Below, piece by piece: positions 52,297 to 64,000 of a stretch of DNA of 64,000 nt. The notes beneath the pieces are model-generated. The model was not told the DNA's origin. It saw nothing but the letters and a program-made list of their open reading frames with translations, and searched no databases. The stretch lies in NCBI GenBank assembly GCA_965153285.1, contig OZ229125.1, one strand, 5' to 3'. The position numbers and the translations under genes were made by a program. The first letter of the stretch is position 1, and each line of letters begins with the position of its first letter. The DNA comes from Podarcis tiliguerta (taxonomy: Eukaryota).

Positions 52297-52484
52297 TCAT
52301 GACTTGAAGACGTGCACGGCTCTTACAACATACTGTCGGCAGATGGGACATTCGCTCATTCGCTTGCCGCATTTCGTGCAGGTGACCATGTGGCCGCACT
52401 CCAAAAGCACGCAATCAATCACTGCGTCCATGCAGATCCTGCAGAGGTTGTCGTCCTCATCGTTCAGTTGAGGTTTCTCCCCCA
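52297..52484 (-). CDS. RNF34: RNF34 last coding exon, C3HC4 RING
   Basis: ggcag|TG... Reads (L)[61 protein letters not shown]. Confidence 0.97.
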
Positions 52485-52786
52485 CTGCCAAGAACCAACA
52501 GAACCCATGTTAGAGAGGGAGGCATGCCATGACATAGGTCTTTTCAATTAGTAACCCCACACACAGAATATTAAGCCAAGCTGCTTTAGTGCAGACTTGT
52601 TTATGCTAGACAAAGAAGCAATATTATAACTGCAACTTTAAAGCAGCGTGGAACTGTAGTTTACACTGATGGTCCATTTTTTGCATTAACAAAACATCAG
52701 GGCAGCCCCTAAGATGAAGGGCAAAGAGGGCTGTAACAATATGCAACATGCCCACCCCCAAACAAGTAGAGAATAAGTACACCTAC

Positions 52787-52988
52787 AAGTCCTGTGATTT
52801 GCTTCATTCTCCCTGTAGAGCCTGCTCACTTTTTCCACCAGCTCCCATTTTTCACAGCATCCCGAGTAGTTGACAAAGTTGCGAGCAAGTATTTCCTTCA
52901 GCTGGCGAACATTTAGCCCTTCAATATCATCCAGGCTTGAAATATCAGATAGTGAGGCTCTTGCACGTTTCCTGGACTGCCCTGGGGT
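52787..52988 (-). CDS. RNF34: RNF34 coding exon (~exon 5)
   Basis: ttttag|ACC...ACTT|gtaggt on -, 202 nt. Reads [67 protein letters not shown]. Confidence 0.95.
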
Positions 52989-53221
52989 CTAAAATTCATA
53001 AGACGTCTATTAGCAAAGAAGCATTAACTCTGTTTGCCTAATGTGGAAGGGGAGGCCTGGCACACATTAAATATGCATTTCTTTTAGAATGTTTCCAAGT
53101 CTTAAATTATTTTAAGAATTTTCATTTACGAATCTTGTATCGCTACATCAAATTAGGAAGTTCATTCTCTTTTTCTTAGTGACTGCAAGACCTAAATTTC
53201 ACCGGGTGATTCACTTCTTAC

Positions 53222-53278
53222 CTGCTCGGCATTTTCCTCTTCTTCACCAAGGTTTGCCAAGAGTCTCTCACTTTGTCC
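53222..53278 (-). CDS. RNF34: RNF34 short acidic exon (~exon 4)
   Basis: gtgtag|GGA...CAG|gtaaga on -, 57 nt, phase 0/0. Reads GQSERLLANLGEEEENAEQ. Confidence 0.85.
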
Positions 53279-53628
53279 CTACACCCACAAGAGCATAAGC
53301 AAAATCCATATTAGGGCAATACCTTTAACAAAAGATTCCCAAATAGCATGCAAGCTTTTCGATTCTCCAAATTTTTCATCTAGGCTAGATGTTAAAGCAG
53401 CACAGGGGCAGGGGAGAGAAGAGTCGGCTGTTGGCAGCGCCACTGATTTTCCAGTAGCGGAGGAAGGGATTTTGCCAATTGCTCTAGGTAGGACTTTGCA
53501 AATTAGAAAAATGTCCTTCCTAGAGTGGGACAGCACTCTTTAACAGTTCCTTTCTGGCTAGCCACAGTCAATGGCAAGCCTCATTCCTTCCTTCTTTTCT
53601 ATCTGTATTCTGACTACCTATGTGGAAA

Positions 53629-54229
53629 GCAACATGATGGCCAGAAACAATTACAGTATAGAAAACTTTATGGAATAACACAAAACTATCAAACTGAAGT
53701 CTCTGAAAGCCCTTGTAAAGCTTTGTATAATTGGCAAATGTCCAATTCTGATGTCCGAACTCTGAACAGCGTTTCCGGATGGCAACTACTGTTTCATTCG
53801 GTTCTTCATCAGCCAATTACTTCAACAAACACTCATGAGCACTGTTCCAGAGTATCTTTCATTCTCATATTATATCAATTCTAAAAAAGATTGGTTAATG
53901 AAGAAGTTACACATCTTTCTACTTACAAGTTTTTGTTGAACTAATTGGCTGATGAACTGAACAAAGCAGTAGTTGCCATCCGGAAACACTGTTCAGCAGA
54001 GTTCAGAGTTGGACATCAGAGTTGGACATTTGCCGATTATGCAAAGCTTTACAAGCTTGATCTCCGCTGGGTAAAGTCTGGCACTGTGACTTATTCAAGG
54101 GCTTTCAGAGACTTCAGTGTGATAGTTTTGATGTTTTACATTATTCCATAAAGTTTTCTATGTAATTGTTTCTGGCCATCGTGTTGCTTTCAATATTGCT
54201 GAGTTACATTTTTTGTTTACTTACTACTT
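53629..54229. mobile_element. Inverted-duplication retroelement fragment with 16-bp TSD
   Basis: Inverted arms at ~53625-53830 and ~53931-54191, (TTAC)-like tail, ACTACCTATGTGGAAA on both flanks. Confidence 0.7.
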
Positions 54230-55173
54230 ACTACCTATGTGGAAAAGCAGAGAAAGGGTGAAGCCCTCTCTAGTGACTTGTTCAGGGATGGGTTGGAGAT
54301 GAGATGCATAAGCACGAGTAGCAGGGGAACCTGGCAGAAAGCTGTGTGTCACTCATCATGATTTTCTAGTAAACACTAGCTGGATCTGATTGTCCTTGGT
54401 GGCACACATGCATAGTGCCACAGACAAGGAAGCACTTTCGTGGGCTCCAGTGGGTCATTCTGTCATTTCAGGAGGTTCGCCACAAGTGGAGGCTGTTGTT
54501 CCCAGCACCTCTGAAGGGCCAGGAAATTTGGGAGTGGGAAGATGCAAGTCTCATGGGCTTGTGGATTCAGCACAGAGACCACTTTGCACAAAGGAAAGCA
54601 TGTATATATAAAGTATATATACCACCTGATTGCAAGAAAGTGATTTACAAAAAGAATACAACATTTAGGATTATCAATACAAGACAATTAAAAACATTCA
54701 AAAGATAATTAAAATCAACAGTTAGCTAAAAAGATTAAGGAGAGAACTTTCTACAAAACAAACATGTTTTAAGCAGGGATTTGTCATTGATAAGTTCAAT
54801 ATTCAAATCCGTCTCTGATCTTAGTTTTAAGATACAATGGGAGCAAACATTCAAATAAAGGCATTTAGGTGCTATGTTGATATTAGGTTGCATCACAGCC
54901 TGCTGAGAACAAGAAACATAACAATAGTTGATACTCTGTCCTAATTTCTGGAACTACAGAAACTGACTGCTACAATTCCTCTTTCTCTCCTCCAGATTAC
55001 CAACACCTCCTCTGTCAGCAAGAGAAAAATACATGGATGCATTTTGCTATCTGTACTGTAATTAAGATGCAGAGCCAGAGGATCAGCTTCCAGGCCAAGC
55101 TCCACCCCCATTCCACCCTAGGGTACAGACGGGCAGAAAGCCCAACTGCCCCACCCAATACACACTACCATAC

Positions 55174-55566
55174 CTGTATCTGTAATTCATTTCCTGTGCT
55201 CTCATGCCTATGTGCGAAGTCTCCCTGAGAGGATGATACAGAACCTGACAGAGAAATAGGATGTGTAGAAAAACTAGAAGTCTGTGATCGTGCTGAATAC
55301 AAGCTGCTAGTGTCTGTATCCTCTTCAGAAGCCAATCCATGATGGCACAGTACAAGATCTACCAAGTCTTCCTTTTCTCGACAAGTATCTGTAGGGATAT
55401 TTCGAAGTATCAGGTACTGGCGCAAATCTTTGACTTTCAAACGCATTAGCTGCGGACGCTGGAATGCTGTCTCCTGCAACAACTGACATGTGGAGCATCT
55501 TCGGAGGGTCTCTTGCAAGACTGAACACATGGAGCAGAAATCCTTCTTGCACTCACAACAGACATG
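55174..55566 (-). CDS. RNF34: RNF34 coding exon (~exon 3), FYVE-like zinc finger C-half
   Basis: acttag|CAT...CAG|gtatgg on -, 393 nt. Reads HVCCECKKDFCSMCSVLQETLRRCSTCQLLQETAFQRPQLMRLKVKDLRQYLILRNIP...ELQIQ. Confidence 0.96.
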
Positions 55567-55713
55567 CTAAGTGCACACACAGAGGAGAAACAAGCCAGAA
55601 GAAGGTTAACACAATTGTCACCAGTACCCAGACATCTTCTTTCCTCCAAGCACTATTTACATGCACTTTAAGAAACCCACAAATACATCAAGCAGATTCA
55701 GAACACAGAAATA

Positions 55714-56061
55714 CAGTGGTGCCTCGCAAGACGAAATTAATTCGTTCCGCGAGTCTCTTCGTCTAGCGTTTTTTTCGTCTTGCGAAGCAACCCTATTAGC
55801 GGTTTAGCGCTATTAGCGGTTTAGTGGCTATTAAAGGCTTAAGGGATTAGCGGATAAGCTGCTAAAAGGCTATTAGCAGCTTAGCGCCTTAGAAAAAGGG
55901 GGTGGGGAGCGAAAAAAAATCTCAAGAATCGCAAGACATTTTCGTCTTGCGAAGCAAGCCCATAGAGAAATTCGTCCTGCGAAGCGCATTGAAAAATGGA
56001 AAACCCTTTCGTCTAGCGGGTTTTCCGTCTTGCAAGGCATTCGTATTGCGGGGCACCACTG
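55714..56061. mobile_element. pogo/Tigger-like MITE with internal short repeats
   Basis: TIRs CAGTGGTGCC...GGCACCACTG, TA-flanked. Internal CTATTAGCGGTTTAG and TTCGTCTTGCG repeats. Confidence 0.85.
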
Positions 56062-56207
56062 TATTGGGATTTACAATGCATACTACAAGCTGAGCCAGAT
56101 TTCTTTCCTTGCCCCTGCCCAGGAATAGGCTTTTTGGGCCAAAGACTGGGGGTGGGGGAAGGCAGAGACATACAGCCCTCAAGTGACGGAAAGTGCTATA
56201 TACTCAC

Positions 56208-56426
56208 CCTTTTTCTGAACACAGAGAATGTGAGGCCACAAGATTTACAGACTAGATTAGATCCCCCTGCTGCTGAAGAGGTATACACGGTGAAGTCTGT
56301 ACTTGGTGCAAATCTAAAGGGATTTGCTCCACCCCCAAATCCAGGTTGTTGGCCACGAACAGCTCCTGTCCCCATGACTTCATTCAACAACCCACAACAG
56401 GAAGCCCACATGGATGTCGCTCCCGC
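56208..56426 (-). CDS. RNF34: RNF34 coding exon (~exon 2); start-codon exon not found in window
   Basis: ttacag|GCG...AGG|gtgagt on -, 219 nt. Reads AGATSMWASCCGLLNEVMGTGAVRGQQ...VCKSCGLTFSVFRKR. Confidence 0.96.
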
Positions 56427-57067
56427 CTGTAAGACACAAACACAAGCCAACGTGGTCAGCTAGTAATTCTCATGAATTTAGGAGCCTCTCCTGACCATAA
56501 GGAAAACAAACATACCTCTCTCAGTGCTAAACTTGTGGTAGTGCTAACATCATGAGAGCCACATAACCAAAGAAGAAAACAGAGTATCCCTGCTACGGAT
56601 AGGCTACCTTGAGGAAAGGAATTAGGATCCCCCTTAAGAAAACAGCAAAAACTGCATCTCTGTTGCACAGGAAGCCTATTTTCAAAAGGGCTCCAGCTCT
56701 GCAGAACGCATTCTGGAAGAAGTACTTTGTTTTGCTTCTGTAGCAATCATTTTAGGAGCACAGTACACCATTTCCAGAATGTTGGCAACTGAACAATTGT
56801 CATGATAGATGCAGAAAAAGGAGAAAACCTGTTTCAGTCCCACTGCACAAATTGAGAGAGACTAGTACAGCAACACCTAGATAGCAAAACTAGCAACTAT
56901 CAAAACCATCTTTTCCTTTTTTATTTTAAGAAAAAGCCACACCACCTTTGTTCCCTTGTCCTCATAATCCTATCTATAATATATAACCTGCACTTCTCAC
57001 TTCAAAAGTTCAAGAAAGCTACATAAAGCTATAGTTCAGTGATAAAGCTCATCTAGATTTCAAACTA

Positions 57068-57450
57068 CCTTATTTTTCAGTGTATAACTTGCCCCTGTGT
57101 ATAACACAACCCCTATTTTTGGGGACTCAAAACTTAGGAAATGGGGGAAGATTGCCCTGAGTTGTTGAGCTTTTTTTGGGGGGGGGGGACTGCAGACAAT
57201 CGCTCACCCAATGCTGCCAATCACACTCATCCATGAAGCCACTAATCGTATGCCTGCTCGCTGCCAGCAGCCGACAATCACACGACTGATTGCCACAGCA
57301 GCCAATCGCCAGCAGACCTGGCCACAGCAACCATTCACACACACACCCCAACACCGCTGACAATCTCCTGCTCGAGGCAGCAAGACGACCCCAAATTTTT
57401 AGCATTGTTTTTTAATAAAAAAACTTTGTCTTAGACACGGAAAAATATGG
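57068..57450. mobile_element. Older diverged CCGTA-type MITE
   Basis: TA|CCTTATTTTTCAGTGTATAA...TTAGACACGGAAAAATATGG|TA. Confidence 0.65.
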
Positions 57451-57831
57451 TATGCCCACAGAACATCTGACCCCTAAACTGGAACAAATGACCACATTTG
57501 TGGTGGTGCATCACGCCAGGTCAAAAACATTGTGTGCTATATCCCATATGATTTCTCATAATACAATTCACATAAAAATATATTCCTTTATTCACTTATG
57601 AATTTTATAGAAGGTCAATCAGAGGACTTTTAAATTAGACGATAGTTAAGTTTGTTACTAGAGGATAGTTTTATATGAACCAGCAGTGAGAAAGTTATGG
57701 GCTACTTTTTTGACCCAACATAATATCAACTACCAAGCAGATTTTTAAAAAAATCTAAATGGAGAACTTTACCAAATTAAGTTTTGATCATTTGATTAAT
57801 TGTGTGCCAGGTAATACAGCTTTTCTGAAGG

Positions 57832-57833
<2 letters not shown>

Positions 57834-57878
<45 letters not shown>

Positions 57879-57902
57879 GTACGTACGTACGTACATACGT
57901 AC
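57834..57902. repeat. (GA)n followed by (CGTA)n microsatellite
   Basis: Visible compound repeat. Confidence 0.95.
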
Positions 57903-59611
57903 ACTGCCTTTTCCCCTGATGGGACTCAAAAGCAGTTTACAGATAAAAAAACAGATAAAAACAGAAAAATCAAGGTTCCTGGACCATTCTCATTATTCCT
58001 TCATCTAAACCTCTCTTTGATTTAACTGTGCCCGTCTTTCAGACTGCATAGTCTCATTTGTGTGTCCCATTAAGCACTCAGCTTACATTTCAAGGAACAG
58101 CCACTTTCTCTGCTAGACATCTAGACTAGAGATGACTGACACTGATTTCACTGAGAAAAGCAAAAAATGAATGGTGCTTGCACACTTAATTCTTGAGCCC
58201 TGGGTACCAAACTGATTCCAGGGGACAGCATCACTTGATGGATCACAGTTGATGCCAAAAGGGCTAAAATCCCATCTAAAATGGCATCTGGCATTCTGCT
58301 AAGAAGCACCATGCTCTTCTCAGCAACATTTACATAAGCCGAGTTTGCAAGATCAGAAGTTAGTATTTAAGCTAATAACTATTTTAGCAAAAGAAAATGT
58401 GTGTGAAAAACTGCCAGCATATAAACCCCCCAAAAAAGACACAGCAAGTCAGGTAACCAACTTCCTGTTTCTTCCTAGACTTTTATTTTTTATTTTACAC
58501 ACAGTAGTTATTGCCTTGAAGGATGTGTTAAGTTAACCATTCCAATGTAACTCAAACAGCCCAGCACTTTCCAAGGCAACATTTAAGACTGAAGGCATTA
58601 TTGGTTGGAAATGCATCCTATTCAATGCAGGTAGGTTACAGCTGAGCATATACTTGCTATAAATACTTGCCATCTGCTGAAGTGAGGTTTGCACAAGAAA
58701 ACACTATTCATGGATTGGGCCTTGAACTGGTTTTGCCTATACTACAAACCATTGTGTGAGTTTAAATAAACTCTTCTAACAAGACCACATCAAAATAAGC
58801 TGCATCACAATCCATGGGTAGACACAACAAAATAAAAGTGTGTGGTGGTGGACATTTTTGAAAGGTAGGAAAAGAGTGATGTTTCAGTTACCTCAGCTAT
58901 GTAATTTTACAAGGCTATAAAAATTCCAGAAACCAAAACATTTTATAGTATTTTCCTAGCTATGATCCCAGGAATTAAAAACTTATCTTAATATTGCGTA
59001 AATGCACACGCAAGCACACACACTAAACCAAGTGAATGTTAGCTCCTGAAAGGTTGTGAGATTTAGAAAAGAGATTTAAATTAATCACATTTAAGTTTGG
59101 GCTCTTTTCTTATTTCTGAGCCAAAGCAGTAGAATTCAAACTGAATTAATACAGATCATGACTTATAGCCAAGAAGAAAGAACCTGACTATATCCAAGTG
59201 TTTTGAGACGAGGTCCCTTTGAACTTCATGGCAGAGCAAGTTATTTAGTTAAACTGAACACATTATAACTCTTGCACAGTTCACTTAATTTTTATTTTAG
59301 TTAAAAGCACCCAATTTTTGTGGTAGTTTGATGCAAATGTATTGGAATCTTATACTTTCCAAAGGCAAGGATTAGCCCTCCCAATACAATGACAAGAACA
59401 TGTGCCAAATGAATACACAGAATATTGTAACATATATTCTATGAAAAACTTGTAGTATAAATGTAGCCCTATACAGAGCACATTGCAATAATGCAAGCCA
59501 AAGATTACCAACATACAGACATCAGTGGCCAGGCTATCCCAGTTCAGAAATGGTCAAAGCTGGTAAACTGCACTTCTAACCACTGAGGTCAGCTGTGCCT
59601 CTACCAACATA

Positions 59612-60639
59612 CCGTATTTTTCGCACCATTGGGCGCACCGGACCATAGGGCGCACCCAGTTTTAAGGGGGGGGGGGAATCAAGAAAAAAATATCCCCCCC
59701 CCCCAGCCACAGGCTGCACACAACCTCTCCCTGCCAGAGGGGTTGCGCGCAGCTATGGAACAAGCCAAAGCAGCGAGCGGGATGGATCCCGCTCGCTGTT
59801 TTGGCTCCCCCCTTAGCCCCGTGCAGCCTCTCCCTCCTGGGAGAGGCTGCGTGGGGCTAAAGAAGCCATAGCCCCGTGCAGCCTCTCCTTGCCGGAGGGG
59901 TTGCGCGCAGCTATGGAAGAAGGCAAGGCAGCGAGTGGGATCCATCCCGCTCGCTGTTTTGCCTTCCCCTTCAGCCCCGTGCAGCCTCTCCTTGCCGAGA
60001 GACGCTGCGTGGGGCTAAAGAAGCCATAGCCCCGTGCAGCCTCTCCTTGCCGGAGGGGTTGCGCGCAGCTATGGAAGAAGGCAAGGCAGCGAGTGGGATC
60101 CATCCCGCTCGCTGTTTTGCCTTCCCCTTCAGCCCCGTGCAGCCTCTCCTTGCCGGGAGAGGCTGCGTGGGGCTAAAGAAGCCATAGCCCCGTGCAGCCT
60201 CTCCTTGCCGGAGGGGTTGCGCGCAGCTATGGAAGAAGGCAAGGCAGCGAGTGGGATCCATCCCGCTCGCTGTTTTGCCTTCCCCTTCAGCCCCGTGCAG
60301 CCTCTCCTTGCCGGGAGAGGCTGCGTGGGGCTAAAGAAGCCATAGCCCCGTGCAGCCTCTCCTTGCCGGAGGGGTTGCGCGCAGCTATGGAAGAAGGCAA
60401 GGCAGCGAGTGGGATCCATCCCGCTCGCTGTTTTGCCTTCCCCTTCAGCCCCGTGCAGCCTCTCCTTGCCGGGAGACGCTGTGTGGGGCTAAAGAAGCCA
60501 TAGCCCCGTGCAGCCTCTCCCTGCCGGAGGGGTTGCGCGCGGCTATGGCACAAGCCTGCATTCGCTCCATAGAACGCACACACATTTCCCCTCAATTTTT
60601 GGAGGGGAAAAACTGCGTCCAATAGAGCGAAAAATACGG
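59612..60639 (-). mobile_element. CCGTA-TIR MITE expanded by an internal tandem array
   Basis: TA|CCGTATTTTTCGC...GCGAAAAATACGG|TA. Ends are homologous to the 16367-16625 copy. Confidence 0.9.
59720..60549. repeat. 158-bp GC-rich tandem repeat, about 5.3 units
   Basis: Anchor GGTTGCGCGC recurs every 158 bp from 59741 to 60531. The ORF track shows the same 158-nt period. Confidence 0.97.
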
Positions 60640-60671
60640 TAGATGGATCCCCAAACTATAAACATGTGGTA

Positions 60672-60912
60672 CAGTGGTACCTCAATTTTCGAGTGTCTCA
60701 GAAGCCAAACATTTTGGTTTTCGAACGCCAAAAACCCGGAAGCACTTGCTTCCATTTTCAAACATGCCTCAGAAGTCAAACGGCTTCTGCTGCATGTTTT
60801 TCCATTTTCCCAACTGAACTTGCATCCAGCCCTTTGCGCCTCGGTATTTGAACATTTCGGAAATCGAATGGTTTTCCAGAACAGATTACATTCAAGAACT
60901 GAGGTACCACTG
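60672..60912. mobile_element. pogo/Tigger-like MITE
   Basis: TIRs CAGTGGTACCTCA...TGAGGTACCACTG, TA-flanked. Confidence 0.85.
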
Positions 60913-62829
60913 TACTTACAATTGTTGCACCACAACCCTCTCATTCACCTTTCCCAAAAAGGGGATTTGCAATCGGGAGGTCGGTGTCACAAAGCAATGG
61001 GTTTTGATAACTTCCACTGGACATTTTACAGTAAAGTGCAGTGAACGCTAATGTAGCAACAAAACTGCTATAGAGGTGCTCAAGTGCCTTGCAAACAAGT
61101 CACTGTGGGCTTCCAAAGAGTCTAAAATTCCATTCCCTATAGATATGAACAAGCCTCAGATAATACAAAAAGCTCAACTGGGCAGCTACTTCAAGATGCG
61201 ATGGAGATAGAGAAGTGGGCCTTCTTCACAGTGCTCAACACCACACAGCAGCCACAATTATGCTGTTGTGCTTGGTCATTTGCTGCAGCTACTCTAGCCA
61301 TCATCCAGTCTATTTCATCACCAGTTATGACTTGGTATACCAAGGTTGCCATGGGTTCCACAGTGCCAGAAATGGCACACGGGTAGCAGCTGGGCAGCAA
61401 GATGGATAGTACACTAGCAACAACCCTAGTTTATTGTCTCCTTGGCCCAACACCAACTGAAGGTCTTCAAAGCTAGTTCCAAGTCAGAAGAGTTTCCTGG
61501 TAGAGATGGAAGTCCTATGGACCACAGTAACGTGTCCTGCAGTCTGTGCTAATGCTGTACTGAGCATCTGGGCCAGAACAACTCCCAGTTCACACAACCA
61601 GGTCTCAGAAGCACATGCCAAATCAGCACCTTCATCCATGATCAAATCATGGCTAAGTGGGGTCTTATTATGTACTGACATAATCTTAAAGAGCAGAGCA
61701 CATAGGCTGGGGGGCACAGCACAAGAGCAACCAGGAACCCAGCGATTCCATGAAGGCATTTTTATCAGAAACCCATTTGCTGAGGTGTGGCTCTTTATCC
61801 TAGTTGCTATAATAGCCAATTATACATATTGTACATATTTTACTGGATTTTACACATTCTTCTAAACTGTGATGTTGTATACTGTTGGAAACTTTTCTTA
61901 AAAAGTGAAAGCAAAAATGAAAGATCTTGTCAGGCTTCTTAAGAAACCTGTAAAGGAGACGCAGCACTGTTACATCAAAAGCTGCAGGAAGCTTAAAAAC
62001 AAGCTACACAGGACAGGGCAAATGGGATTAAATTCCAAAGACGGGCTTTAGATGAGCTGCCCTCAAGAGTTACCCAAGGACTCAGTGTTCTCCTGCCCTC
62101 TGGCAAGATTTAAATAATTTCTCTTACGTATACTTAAGCCAAATTTAAAAGGGGTTGATATAATGTTAATCAGGCAAGCCTTTGGGACATCCAATTTCCA
62201 CCAACTCCACATACTTATATTTTGCCCAGTATTAAAAAACTGGGAGAAGATGCCTATAGGCTACCAGGAATCAACAGAAACTGAAAGAGGAAAGGAGGTA
62301 GAGATGAGATATTCTTCTGCTGCAACCTCCTTAGTGAGCAGGACTGTAATTATCTACAGATTAAAGTCCAAATTCCTAAGACTCTGATGCTGGTTGTACA
62401 CCAACAAGTTTTTCTCTTTTTGAGATGGGTATCCCTATAAAATTATCTTATATCAATTCAGTAATATTTGCATTCAAGTCTGACTCAGGTACTGGAAGGT
62501 GGTGGGCCTTTATGCCTTGCAAAAATCACTTAAATGGAAGCACATTCCTATGTTCTTCTGTTAATCCAGAGCAGCTATTCACCTCTGTCACCAAATTTGG
62601 ATTAGACCTGTCTTCATCCAAAAACATTATGATTAAACAACACAATCAACGGCTCTTGGCTCTACAGAACAATGCTAATGAAGGTGAATAACTTTGCAAA
62701 AAACCCAGAGGTGAAAAACTACATGTGTAACATGGAGCGTAAGCACTACTCAGGGAGGATTCTGGAAAACTCTCAAGTTTTGTTCTCGTCGCCACATGGT
62801 GTATGCACTTGGTTGGCACCAAGATGTTT

Positions 62830-63021
62830 AGGAACAGTAAGAGCTGTTCAGCAGTGGAACAGTCTGCAACGAGAGGTAGTGGACTCTCCTTCCTTTGAGG
62901 TTTTAAACATAGGTTGGATGGCCATCTGTCATGGATGCTTTAGCTGAGATTCCTGCATTGAATGCACTTGGACTAGATGACCCTTGGGATCCCTTCCAAC
63001 TCTAAGATTCTATGATTCTAT
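62830..63021 (+). mobile_element. CR1 LINE 3' end
   Basis: Ends CCCTTCCAACTCTAAGATTCTATGATTCTA with the (ATTCTATG) tail. Homologous to the 14281 copy. Confidence 0.8.
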
Positions 63022-64000
63022 CATCCAACTGCCAGGTTTTTTTTTGGGGGGGGGGGAGGCTTTCCTCCTCCAGTTGCCACCTCCACAGCACCTGCAAAAT
63101 CATTTGGCCCCAAGAAAAAGCAGTAATAGATTCTTCCAAACAAATTTCCTTTTCCATTTTATTCTAATGTATTAATTGATAGTTATTATTGCAATGATCT
63201 TATGTAAACTACTTTATGCGGTCCCCCTGAAAAATGGTATAGTATATAACTACCTTAAATAAATAGTACATTAACACAACAGCAAAACAGGAAATCACAC
63301 AGCAGGGGGGAAAGTATTTCCCTTTGCTAAGAGAAAGACTACGCTCCACAGCTCTGGAGCCAACACAGAAAAAGCTCTGCTCTTCAGAGATAACACACTT
63401 ATTGGGCTAGGAAACATAACCGGGATGTTGGCTTCATGGGCAGATCCTAACACACTAGGTGGGTAAATATTATATGGGAAAGGTGCTTCTAAAGCTGCAA
63501 ACAGAACAAACAGAAAAGATGCACACAGCTCTCACCAACAGACACCTGTGAACAGAGAGTCAGAAGAGGAGCATTCTGTTTATTACATGTACAACAGTTT
63601 ATAAATAACAATTCCACCCACTCCTTCCCTTGAGTTCAACCCACCCTATTTTAACTTTTACAATAAATGTAACAGAGTTTTATAGCACCTTGAAGTGGCA
63701 CTTTGGCCCACTGTTTAGTTTCTCTCTCTACCTCGGTGTTATGCTTGTGTTAGGGCTGCAACATTTAAACTGGTTAATAATTAAGAATATTTGATCAAAT
63801 AAGAACATACCACAATTCATTTGGCAGTCCTTTTTTAAGTTGTTGATTTTACTAGTACAGAAATTATAAAAAATGGTGACAGGCAGGTGGCACTTTAAAG
63901 AAGAGTGCTCCTCTTTTCCCTGCACACAAGAGGGAACAGATGGAATTCTCATTCCGTCCTCTGCTGGATTCCAGCAAGCCACTAACTTTTTTGGGCTTAT

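Noticed and set aside
53765-53990. CTGATGA...GAAAC hammerhead-ribozyme-like core in the inverted arms
   Set aside because: I could not build stems I and III with a valid cleavage triplet. It is at best a decayed remnant; an Infernal search against hammerhead models would settle it.
59629-60625. Repeated 96-aa and 103-aa ORFs; a CRISPR-like or repeat-protein reading
   Set aside because: These are products of the 158-bp tandem repeat, whose period is not a multiple of 3. There are no unique spacers and the context is eukaryotic.
56427-64000. RNF34 first exon and promoter
   Set aside because: I found no CpG island or convincing ATG-bearing exon. It probably lies beyond the window end.

Overview
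This is vertebrate genomic DNA from a squamate, probably a lacertid lizard, judged by its Sauria-type SINEs. The window holds two convergent multi-exon genes. On +, the 3' part of KDM2B (FBXL10; JmjC, CxxC, PHD, F-box, LRR) has 15 long-form coding exons between 2024 and 49304. It also has the internal CpG-island first exon (27923-27988) of the JmjC-less short isoform. On -, RNF34 (CARP1; FYVE-like and RING E3 ligase) has five coding exons between 56426 and 52297, and its first exon was not found in the window. All exons have GT-AG boundaries and compatible phases. Exon numbers follow my recollection of the human genes and are inferred. Introns are rich in Sauria SINEs, TA-flanked Tc1/mariner-pogo MITEs, hAT MITEs, L2/CR1 fragments and microsatellites. 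Most ORF-track entries are spurious. I see no wholly new gene system. The best leads are: (i) a MITE carrying a 158-bp tandem array of hairpins with G.U bias and covariation; (ii) the short-form promoter/leader, with a perfect POU MORE palindrome and two chained uORFs; (iii) a candidate TG/AG tandem acceptor; (iv) two intronic foldback structures; (v) a composite MITE.
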